A stretch of DNA of 57,682 nt, taken from IMG/VR virus record IMGVR_UViG_3300029319_000053, positions 1 through 57,682 of that record, one strand, 5' to 3'. The notes beneath the pieces are model-generated. The model was given only the letters and a program-made list of their open reading frames with translations, had not been told where the DNA came from and ran no database searches. This document shows, in pieces, positions 34,041-43,500 of this stretch. Source of the DNA: a virus (lineage: Duplodnaviria > Caudoviricetes). The translations under genes were made by a program, and so were the position numbers. The first letter of the stretch is position 1; each line of letters starts with the position of its first letter.

Positions 34041-35915
34041 TTATCCTTCTAATGTTTCTATTCTAGTTTTTAAATCTTCTATTATTACATCTTGTTCTTT
34101 GATTGCATTTACTAATAATGCTACAACTGAACCATAATCCATTGCATAAGCACTGTTCCAATTTTCAGTTCCATCATCTTCAGCAGCATGATATTGAACT
34201 GCTTCAGGTATTATATCTTCTACTTCTTGAGCAATAAATCCAAACTTATATTTATTTTTTGAGACATGCCCTTGAATTTTATTTGACCTATTAACAGTTT
34301 GAAATCTTCTTCCTGTTAGTTGTTTTACCTTTGATAAAGCATTACTTATTGTTGTAATATTTTTCTTTCTTCTTCTATCAGAACCGGTAGCATACCCCCC
34401 ATCAGACCTTACAACAACTGAAAAATCTGAACCTGATGTCCCTGGATAACTAGCTGAACTTATATTAGTTCCATGAATTCTTAACTCTGATTGAGTACTT
34501 GCAGTAGAACTATAAGGAGTTGCATTTAGTACTGAAATACATGGATAATCTGACCATGTTCTATCAATTGCTATACCTTGATAAGTAAACAGTACTCCAT
34601 TTCTTGAAGTACCGCCGCCCGCTGAACCTGTGTCAGCCTTACCTGTTATTTTCATTGCATGGGTAGTGCCACTCATGCCAAAGCTCGGAGCTTTGACATA
34701 AAATTCTAGTGAACCAGTTTCCTGATTATTTGTTCCAACCATAGAAGAACAACCAATTCTTCCATAGTGGTTACCTGATGCTCCAGCAGTATCTCCACCA
34801 GTAAAATCAATTGCTCCGAATTGATAATTTGATCCCGCATAACCTATCGCATCAATAGACATTTTAGTAAGATAATCAGTATCATTACCTGTTCCAGTTC
34901 TTACCTTTCCAACACGGAAAGGTACTGTTAGGTTTGGTATGTATGTATGATTTTGAGGTATGCCAATTCCAACACTACCTCCGCTTGGTTGTAAATAGTA
35001 ATTATAAGCAGTGGCACTACCATCAGTTCTTTGCACTTGTGACCATACGTTACCATCACTGGATATTCCAGTTATAAGACCATATTTACCAGCAACTGCA
35101 CCATCTTGTTTTAAAATAGCAAAGTTTGCGTTACTACTTCCTAATCCTGGCGGATCATAGTTTGTTGTTGTACCTACAACAAAATTTTGTGCTGGGCTAG
35201 TGATTCCGCCCATTCCAATTTTTCCTGTAGCGTCAATACGAAATGACTCACTAGCACCACTAAAAATAGCAAAATTTCTAGCAACATTGGCGTTATTTAC
35301 ATAACCTGATTGTAGGTAATTTAAAGCACCTGTATTATATACACCAAGTTTTATTGCATTACCACCTGCAGTATGACAAATGATAATACCATTTGTCATA
35401 TTTCCACTTGTATCTGGCGCTCCCTCTGAGTTTACTGTTAAACCACCAAATGTTGTTGTTTGCCCAATAACAACCTTACCTGAACTGTCAATACGCATTC
35501 TTTCTGTATCACTTGTTCCAAAAGCTAAAGTACCTGTACTTGGAGTTATAAGAGCAACACCTGAAGCAGTCTTAAATGCAAAATCTGCATCTGAAGCATT
35601 TGTAAAAAGAGCAAGAGTTCCATCTGCTCCTGAAACTGTAAGTGGTGCTGTAGGACTAGTCGTTCCAATACCAACATTAGTACCATTAAAGACAAAGTTT
35701 GTTTCTCCCTCTAATCTATTTGCAGTACCACTACCAGTAATAACTCTGTTATCAGCATTGTTGTTAATAGTTGTTCCTGTAACTGTAGCAAACGATAAAC
35801 TTCCTGAGCCATCAGTTTTTAAAAATTGACCCGCTGATCCGTCTGATACATTTAGTTGGTCTATACCTACAGCGTTGTCTGCTATTACGTTACTTGTGAC
35901 TTTCGTATTTGCCAT
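34041..35915 (-). CDS. Tail fibre with C-terminal S74 intramolecular chaperone
   Basis: GIGTTSP and ERMRIDSSG motifs; SDRRRKKNI...GFIAQEVE...LVNAIKEQ. Confidence 0.9.
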   Translation of the reverse strand: MANTKVTSNVIADNAVGIDQLNVSDGSAGQFLKTDGSGSLSFATVTGTTINNNADNRVITGSGTANRLEGETNFVFNGTNVGIGTTSPTAPLTVSGADGTLALFTNASDADFAFKTASGVALITPSTGTLAFGTSDTERMRIDSSGKVVIGQTTTFGGLTVNSEGAPDTSGNMTNGIIICHTAGGNAIKLGVYNTGALNYLQSGYVNNANVARNFAIFSGASESFRIDATGKIGMGGITSPAQNFVVGTTTNYDPPGLGSSNANFAILKQDGAVAGKYGLITGISSDGNVWSQVQRTDGSATAYNYYLQPSGGSVGIGIPQNHTYIPNLTVPFRVGKVRTGTGNDTDYLTKMSIDAIGYAGSNYQFGAIDFTGGDTAGASGNHYGRIGCSSMVGTNNQETGSLEFYVKAPSFGMSGTTHAMKITGKADTGSAGGGTSRNGVLFTYQGIAIDRTWSDYPCISVLNATPYSSTASTQSELRIHGTNISSASYPGTSGSDFSVVVRSDGGYATGSDRRRKKNITTISNALSKVKQLTGRRFQTVNRSNKIQGHVSKNKYKFGFIAQEVEDIIPEAVQYHAAEDDGTENWNSAYAMDYGSVVALLVNAIKEQDVIIEDLKTRIETLEG

Positions 35916-35919
35916 AATA

Positions 35920-38289
35920 TTATCCTACCATGTATCCCCACCAATATGCTTGACTACCATATACTGCAGCTCCAGCATTCATAGAACTACCTGCTACTCT
36001 TACGGTTATTTCATCATTTGCATTGCATTCAATTAAACATTGATGACTGACATTACTATGTGAATCAGCTTGTGCACCAGCTTGAATTGTGCCTGAGTAA
36101 TTGCTTCCGTCTTTATAGAAAGCAAAATTAAAGATACCACTAGTCCAAGGATAAACTAAAAAGTTTGCTCCAAATAAATAAACGCCCGCATGAGGAGCAG
36201 TAAATACTCCGCTAGCATGGTTGCTTTTTCTATCAAAAGATTCTGAATTAAAAGCTACTGTAGCAAAACTACTAGTTATCGTTTGACTGCTAGTTAATTT
36301 AGCCATAAACGCTGGTTGTTCAGGCATCTCGACCATACCTGTTGCGGTGACTTTAAACCTTGTGCTCATACCTGAACTAGATGTTCCGGTTTTAACAATA
36401 AAACCAGATGAATCATTATTACTTGTATCGCCTCTATAAAAACCTATTTGTGCTCTTGGGTATGATGCACTAGCTAAATCTGTATAATATTCTGTAAGAG
36501 CTTCTGCTGCCCAACCTTGGTTTTCGCTCCAAATTCTTTGGACTATCTGTGAACTTCCTGCTACTGCTGTGGGCACTTTAACATCATGAAAATAAGATGG
36601 TGATGCTCCGATTCCAACCTTTCTATTAAAAGTTGCATCTCCTGCTTCTGACATATCAATTCTTAGTGCTTCAACACTTGAACCACCGTCATCTCCTGAG
36701 AATACTATGTCTTTATCTTGTGTTGGATTGTTAAAATAAAAGTCGCCACTTGATACATAAGTTTTACCAAATGTTGTACCTGCTGATAAAAAGTGTATCT
36801 CAGCATTACCAGCATCAAGTGATACTGTACTAGAATTTTTGACTGCTCCTCCAATATATAAATCTTTAAATCTAGCATCTGAGGCACCAATATCCATGTG
36901 ATTGTCTCTTGCTGCATTTGCTGCTGTTATATTAAAGAATTTAGTACCGCCTGAGTGTATTCTTATACCACCATTTGAACCTCCTAAAAATCCTGCGGTT
37001 GTTGTCACAGATGAAGCTGTAACTGCTCCTGAAAAAGTACCAGTTGTTGCAGTAACACCTGCATTAAAAGTAGCGGCACCTGCATCTGACATGTCAAATT
37101 GAACAGCATTAATAGCTGAGCCACCGTCATTTCCTTGTATAAAAAAATCTGCGTCAGAAGCGGTGCTTTTGATTGCAAAACCGCCTGTTAAGTCAATAGC
37201 TCCAACACCAGTTCCACCATCTTTGAAAGTTATATCACCGCCGTCTGCATCAAGAATAATGTCGCCTGCGGAATCAAGTGTTAGGTCGCCACTAGCTTTT
37301 ACTAAATCACCACCTATGTTTATGTGACTAGAAGTTTTTACATCTCCAACAATATCTACTGGCACTGAGGGTGAGGCAGTTCCTAATCCAACCCTAGAAT
37401 TTGCATGATCTACAACAAAAGTAGGGGAGTCAAAAGCAACATCGTTAGATCCTACGGTCAAGGTGCCAGGCATAGTAATGTTGCCCGAAAGTTTTGCACT
37501 AGTTACAGTGCTATCGCTTGGTGTTCCAATGTTTACTGGGTTTATTACATAAACCGTTACGCCCCTACCAGCTATAACGCCTGTAGTTATAGTCAAAGTG
37601 TTAGTAGAGATAGTGTAAGCGTCTTGGTCTTGAAAGACCCCGTCTACAAAAACTATTAGATTTGTTTCAGCTGCTGGAGTATCAGATAAAGTAAAGTCTG
37701 TTTGTGGACTACCACTTACATCTGCTGCAGTAAAAGAATCTACAGTTAAGTTAGAAGACTGTAAATTAATAAGATTATCTACTATAACCTCTAGTTTTGT
37801 GCCATTTACAGGAGCTGCATCAAAGGTTAATGTGCTACTACTAAAACTAAAAGTATCGTGGTGTTGCATGACACCATCAAGGAACACCATGGCATTAGCC
37901 TCTACACCAGGGTCTATACCTATGTCATAACTTGTTGCACCACCAGAAGTGGTTGCATTAAAAACTGTTTGGTTTGCAGACTTAGCCGCAATATTTTCTT
38001 GGATTGTTTCAAGAACTCCCGCAGTAAGCCTGAGTTCAGCTGCGTCACCCGAGCTAAAAGCCCTAGCCGTAGTGCTTTCTTGAGCACGAACAATGGTCAA
38101 AGTGTTACTTGATCTTGCAGTAACCTTTACTATCTCATTATTTGTACCGTCGTCAAACGTACAGAAGAAGAACTCTCCTGCAGCTAAGCTTGGAAATACA
38201 CTACCGTCTGTTACTGTAGCGCTTGTCGCACTATTTGTTAGACTAGACCCAAGCGTTGTTTTGGCATTGTTCTTAAAAACAATTCCCAT
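35920..38289 (-). CDS. Tail fibre with probable C-terminal C1q/TNF-like domain
   Basis: N-terminal anchor (FKNNAKTTL...EIVKVTAR...RAQESTTA); VFxDGVxQ repeats; C-terminal QPAF.A...F.APHAGVYLF...WWGYMVG. Confidence 0.85.
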   Translation of the reverse strand: MGIVFKNNAKTTLGSSLTNSATSATVTDGSVFPSLAAGEFFFCTFDDGTNNEIVKVTARSSNTLTIVRAQESTTARAFSSGDAAELRLTAGVLETIQENIAAKSANQTVFNATTSGGATSYDIGIDPGVEANAMVFLDGVMQHHDTFSFSSSTLTFDAAPVNGTKLEVIVDNLINLQSSNLTVDSFTAADVSGSPQTDFTLSDTPAAETNLIVFVDGVFQDQDAYTISTNTLTITTGVIAGRGVTVYVINPVNIGTPSDSTVTSAKLSGNITMPGTLTVGSNDVAFDSPTFVVDHANSRVGLGTASPSVPVDIVGDVKTSSHINIGGDLVKASGDLTLDSAGDIILDADGGDITFKDGGTGVGAIDLTGGFAIKSTASDADFFIQGNDGGSAINAVQFDMSDAGAATFNAGVTATTGTFSGAVTASSVTTTAGFLGGSNGGIRIHSGGTKFFNITAANAARDNHMDIGASDARFKDLYIGGAVKNSSTVSLDAGNAEIHFLSAGTTFGKTYVSSGDFYFNNPTQDKDIVFSGDDGGSSVEALRIDMSEAGDATFNRKVGIGASPSYFHDVKVPTAVAGSSQIVQRIWSENQGWAAEALTEYYTDLASASYPRAQIGFYRGDTSNNDSSGFIVKTGTSSSGMSTRFKVTATGMVEMPEQPAFMAKLTSSQTITSSFATVAFNSESFDRKSNHASGVFTAPHAGVYLFGANFLVYPWTSGIFNFAFYKDGSNYSGTIQAGAQADSHSNVSHQCLIECNANDEITVRVAGSSMNAGAAVYGSQAYWWGYMVG

Positions 38290-38310
38290 AAGTAACGTCT
38301 CCTATCTATG

Positions 38311-38736
38311 TTAGCTAACTGTTACTGTCCAGGTAATTGTCATTGAGTCATTAGCTCCTTTGTTAACAACAGAAAATACGGTTCTACAAAGCATAGTACC
38401 ACTAGAAGAAGCGTTAAGTAACGCCGCTTCTGTAACAGCACCTGTACCAGTACCAGCAGCAAAAGTTGCTACATAAGTTACAACAGCACCAGACACACTA
38501 GTACTTGTTAGAGATACCCTACCAAGTTCTGTACCTAATGCAGTTTGTGAAGCTGCTGCCGCAGTTGTACCGCTACCAATTGCCATGTGTGACATGGCAG
38601 TTGCAGAAGCGTCTTTCATACGGGAAGCAACATACCCTTTTCCAGCTGTAACAACCAAGTTATCGACTTCTTGTACAGTGTCACCGTTTAAGGCTATCTG
38701 TAATTTACCCTTTAGTTTTAAGTCGTCATTAATCAT
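38311..38736 (-). CDS. Virion structural protein (tail-fibre base type)
   Basis: NLVVTAGK, MAIGSG, GAVTEAAL, VVNK...LTITW-like end. Confidence 0.8.
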   Translation of the reverse strand: MINDDLKLKGKLQIALNGDTVQEVDNLVVTAGKGYVASRMKDASATAMSHMAIGSGTTAAAASQTALGTELGRVSLTSTSVSGAVVTYVATFAAGTGTGAVTEAALLNASSSGTMLCRTVFSVVNKGANDSMTITWTVTVS

Positions 38737-38748
38737 ATTAGCTCCATT

Positions 38749-40116
38749 TTAATTTAAAACACTAGTATTTAAGCCAGCTGTATTCAGCACGCTTCCGCCA
38801 CCGGCAACAAACAGAATTTCAACTGACTCAGTTATTGTAGCACTATCTGTAAAAGATGTGTCAAAAGATAAACCCAAACTTTCTGAAATGCTGGGCGTAT
38901 CAGCAAAGGGATCTACAGGCCCTATTGCTAAACTTGGTGAGTCTGAAAGACTAAAAGCATCTACAAAAGCCGAATTTTCGCCTACAAAATTAAAAGAAAG
39001 GCTTTCTGATATAGTAATCGTGTCTGTTATAGCAGGCTTAGTTATAGAAAACACGGGAACATCTGTTACACTAAACACGTTACTTTTATTTAAACCTGAT
39101 TCAGTAGCTAGATTATCTTCCGCACTAGCTAAGTCATCTAAAGCATAAGCATCTGTAAAAGTTCTTTGGTAAGTAACTGCCCTAGCTAGGCTTTCTGCTA
39201 TGTTAGGGGCGTCAGAAAGCGGTCTTTCAAAACTTTTTGCTGGCACATCTAACATTAACATATCCCCAGCAGCTCCTACATTGATCTGCCCACCCATGGC
39301 CGAGTGATTCGTGCAATAATAGTAAAGAGTAGATGGAGTAGAGCCCGTAACTACTATTCGTGTATAAGCACCAGAGGATCCAGCAGTTCCGTTCGTAGTT
39401 ACATTAGTTGTGTAAGCAGAACCTCCGCCGTGTGTACCATTAGAAGTAGTAGACAACCGTAGCGGGTGGCCGCCATTACTAGAATCAGATTGGTCAAACG
39501 TGTAAGTAGCTCCAATTCTTAGGGTTAGAGTATCTTGGCGTACTCCATTTATGTAATATTTATTAGCCCCATAGTAAGATTGCACCGTTACCGTAAATGT
39601 TTGATCTGTAGCGCTTGCGTCGTCAACAGCTTTACCCACATCCTTTGCATCAGACTCAGATATAGTCGTGGTATCAGCTTTACCCAGCCCTACAGACAGA
39701 ACTTCAGAATCACTAAAACTGTAACTATCTGCAAGATCTCTAAAATATTGTACTGTTTTACTAAGTTCTTCAGTTACTGAGGTAGAATCTGCAAGTGCTT
39801 TGTCTAACGCTTTAGCTAATTCTTCACTAACTATTGGCGTGTCGCTTGCAGCTTTGCCAAAGTCGAATACGTCCGAATCAGTAAAACCAAAGGATTCTGC
39901 GTTAGGTGAATTGTATTGTGCGGTAAAGTATCTGTTTAAAGTATCCGCATCTATAAAGACATCTGCAGCAGTAAGTTGTTGAAATGCAACGATTTGTTGC
40001 ATGTCTATGAATTGTACTGTGGTTTTTAGATGCTCAAATAAGCTTACAGCTTCTGTAGAATCTGTCTGTATTACCAGCTTTATTTGCTGGTAGTCTACTG
40101 TAAACTTGAATGCCAT
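38749..40116 (-). CDS. Repetitive virion protein with inserted cupredoxin-like domain
   Basis: About 19-aa K.L.D...ISE repeats; insert YTFDQSDSSN.GHPL...LYYYCTNHSAMGG. Confidence 0.75.
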   Translation of the reverse strand: MAFKFTVDYQQIKLVIQTDSTEAVSLFEHLKTTVQFIDMQQIVAFQQLTAADVFIDADTLNRYFTAQYNSPNAESFGFTDSDVFDFGKAASDTPIVSEELAKALDKALADSTSVTEELSKTVQYFRDLADSYSFSDSEVLSVGLGKADTTTISESDAKDVGKAVDDASATDQTFTVTVQSYYGANKYYINGVRQDTLTLRIGATYTFDQSDSSNGGHPLRLSTTSNGTHGGGSAYTTNVTTNGTAGSSGAYTRIVVTGSTPSTLYYYCTNHSAMGGQINVGAAGDMLMLDVPAKSFERPLSDAPNIAESLARAVTYQRTFTDAYALDDLASAEDNLATESGLNKSNVFSVTDVPVFSITKPAITDTITISESLSFNFVGENSAFVDAFSLSDSPSLAIGPVDPFADTPSISESLGLSFDTSFTDSATITESVEILFVAGGGSVLNTAGLNTSVLN

Positions 40117-40490
40117 TAATCAAAGTCGTCACGTACTTTAAACTTTATCAAATCTTGCACTGTTTGTATGTTTCCATCTGACTTTGTAAACTCAAGCTCC
40201 CCTTCAAAAGTACCTGCGGTTGACCATGTCCCTGATGGGAATATTAGAGTACAAGTGCCTGCACTAGGAGCAGAAATAGTAGCTGTAATAGTAGATAACA
40301 CTGTAGTTTTGCCTACTTCTCTTATTCTTAACTTTACAGAACCACCTGTTAAATTTACAGGAGCCCAAGTTGTGCTGTCTTCTACATCTAAAGTAGCACC
40401 AGAAGCAGCAGTATTGCTGTCTTTCAAGTTAAAAGTAAGTTCAGGGAGTGTATCTCCTACTACTAATTTTATTGTGTCTGAATACGCCAT
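40116..40490 (-). CDS. BppU-N-like tail/baseplate protein
   Basis: IKLVVGDTLP...G.FEGELE...IQTV...FKVR. Confidence 0.7.
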   Translation of the reverse strand: MAYSDTIKLVVGDTLPELTFNLKDSNTAASGATLDVEDSTTWAPVNLTGGSVKLRIREVGKTTVLSTITATISAPSAGTCTLIFPSGTWSTAGTFEGELEFTKSDGNIQTVQDLIKFKVRDDFD

Positions 40491-40502
40491 AATTAATTAT
40501 AC

Positions 40503-43500
40503 CTATAAATTGTTGTAAAGAGGAGTTAAGTCTTTTAGCCTTAAATCTCCTGTAAATAAATCATACCCTTTTTCTACAGTCGGTCCAAGTGGGCCTACCC
40601 ACATAGGGTCTCCATACCTTCTGTCTTCCATAAACAAAGGAAGCGCTAGAGTAAAAGGCCCAAGCACCCCGGACCTATCGATAATCTCTGTACTATACTC
40701 ACCCCAATCCATAGTCTGTGACCTTCTGTAGTTTTTATCCTCTGGGCTCACCCCTGGCAACAGCCAAGCTAATCCAACTTTAAATCTTTCACGTAGATCA
40801 AACCCCAACATAGTCAATGGTAATAAGGTTGCAGCACCTAAGAACAAAGGTATGGCTGCGCCTGTTAACCCAGCCTCTGTATACCTGGCTTGCATCTCAT
40901 TCATAGAGCCACCTACGATAGTTTTACCATAAGCGTAGAAGAAAGACTTAAGTTGCCACACTAAAGCAAACCTAGGATCAGAAGCCCAAGTAGGTCTTTC
41001 TGCAGCATTTGGCCTTACTATAGACTCATCTACAAACCTAGCTAAAGCTAATTTTATTTTTTCATTCCCAGCTTCATTAATATTACCACCAGCCCAGTTG
41101 TTTACCTCTTCTGCTGTCAACCCTAACTCTTTTAAATATCTTATTGATCTTTGATTACCGGCTGCAGCTTTTTTACCATTATCTAGTAAGAATGCTTTAC
41201 CCATACCCGCTGCAAATATCCTAGTAAATCTAGTGAACTGTTCTAATCCTATACCTCTAAAAAACTTATTAGTAAATTTTTTAGTATTTTCACTTGTATA
41301 ATCTAGTTCCCCAGCGCCTACAAATGTCTCCATCATTGCATCAATACCAACAACTCCTATGTCTTTAGCTAACTGAGCAGCCTCTTCTTTATTATTGATC
41401 ATATTAAAAATAGTACTGGCTGCAGTTCGTAATGCTCCAAAGTCTTTAGAACGCAGTATTGGTCCTGCTAAATCTGGAAAAGAAGCAAAAGTAGCAAAAG
41501 TTAAAAGGGTAGTTACATTAAAGGCTAATCCTATTTGATTAGCCCCTCTAAACAAGCCACTTGAAATAGGTTCAACTTTTCCTAACATTGCCATAACTGT
41601 TTTTGTAGCTTGTTCTCTTTGCTTAGGGTCTTGTATTTCACTTAAAAGTTTTTCTATTTGTTGAGGTCCGCCTCTTTTATTTAATTCTACTTTTTTAACG
41701 GTATTGTCAATATATTTTTGTAAAGCTCTATGTGGGTCTTCTAATACTTCTATATTCCTTAGCGCTTCAGTAGGTATTCTAGAGTAAAGTTTTACTCTAG
41801 CTTTAGTTAAACCTAAAGAATATCTAGCGTGAGAAGGTATATTTCTTTGTTTTCTAAGTTCTTTAAGAGTTTCTTCTACTGTTCCCATTTTTTCTGCTTG
41901 TTTTAAAGCAGCTAATTCTATTTCATTTGTAGCGTCTGAAAGTGTAATCTCTACACTTAAATCAGCCTCGGCTTTTGTTAAACCGGGGTTATACTCTATT
42001 AATAAATTAGCTAAAGCTTCTGCTTTGCTTTTATCACCTGCTATCTCTTGTATAGCTAAAGAACGGGGAAAGAAGTTAGAAAGCCTGTCCACTCCTATTT
42101 CTTGTAAATTTAATTTATCATAGTGTTCTACTAACCATTCTCTAATTCGTTGTGCTTGTGGGCCTAACTCTTCTGTGGGTTTACTAGATTCTGCATCCAA
42201 AAGGATATTCATTTTATCTTGCGTCATGTCACCAGTTTTAAACACGCCTAAAATATCTTGTATCTCATTCATTTTTGCTCTAGCTTGTGTGACAGTTGCA
42301 GTGAGAAGCCCTACTTCTTCGGTAGTTTGAGATTGGCCTCTAAACATTTGTGCTAACTTTTTCCCAGCTGGGCCATACCCTCTAAGTAAATTGTCTTTAG
42401 CAAATAAAACAACTTTTAAAAACTCTCCTACTCCTACTAAATTTCCTGTTTCTTTTAGTCTATTTACTGTTTGTTGTATTTTTTGTGGAGCTTTAGGATC
42501 ACCTAACGGTATCTCTTTACCTATCTTCTCTACCGTTTGTTGTATTTCTGCACTTGCTAAATACTTTGTCATAAAATGACCGGGGTCATTATTTATTCTT
42601 TTTAACTCCACTACATAGTCAGCAAAAGCAGGACTTACTCCATATCTTCTAGTAGCAAAATTACTAAATTCTTTTACAAAAGCTTGTATCTTACCTGCTA
42701 AACGTTTGAAGAAAGAGTCTGTTTGGTTTTGTGCTTTTTTTGTTTCATCGAGCAAATAAGAAGCTACTTGATCTGACATCCATTCGTTAAAGCCTTGGTC
42801 ATCATTTGTATACTGAGCAGTGTCATTACCTTCTCTGTCTTGGTTAAATGCATTAAGTAAGCCCTGTCTTAGTTTAGGTATACTTAAACTTTTTTCTAAT
42901 TCTTGATTTACAAAAGAGTGGCCTATCTCATGAGCTACAACAAATGCCCTAGCTCCTTGTTCTGCTTTGTTAAGTCCTTCTCTAGTTTGTACAAGAAGAA
43001 CATCAAAATTTGCACCCTTTATATTTCTACCCCTTGTAGAACCTTCTGGGCCCATATCTTGCGTAAGGGCAGCCTGAACTCTAGTTAATAGATCTGCATC
43101 TCCTTCTAAAGACTCTAAAGTAATATCCTCTGTAGTACTAAATACTTTGTAGGCTTTTTTCAAACCTAATTTAGTATTAGCGATACGTTGAAAATCTGTA
43201 AGAAAAGTAGCATCTAAGTGTTGCTCAACCACACTAGTAAAAGAAACACCGGGTTTAGGACCTGCTGCTCTTGTAGACCCTTTTGCATAAGGATTTTTAA
43301 ATAGTCTTTGATTAAACTCATCTTCTATTCTTTGGTCTGGCAAAGTAGTTTGGTCTTCAACTTGAACAAATTGCGGTGTTTGTCTACCTGTTTCTAGGTC
43401 AACGCCTTGACCAGTTTCTACTGTTTCTAATCTAGATTCTTCTTGTATATCTTGCCTTGGATCAAATCCAGCCTCAAGGTCTCCACTTTTCACTTGGCTT

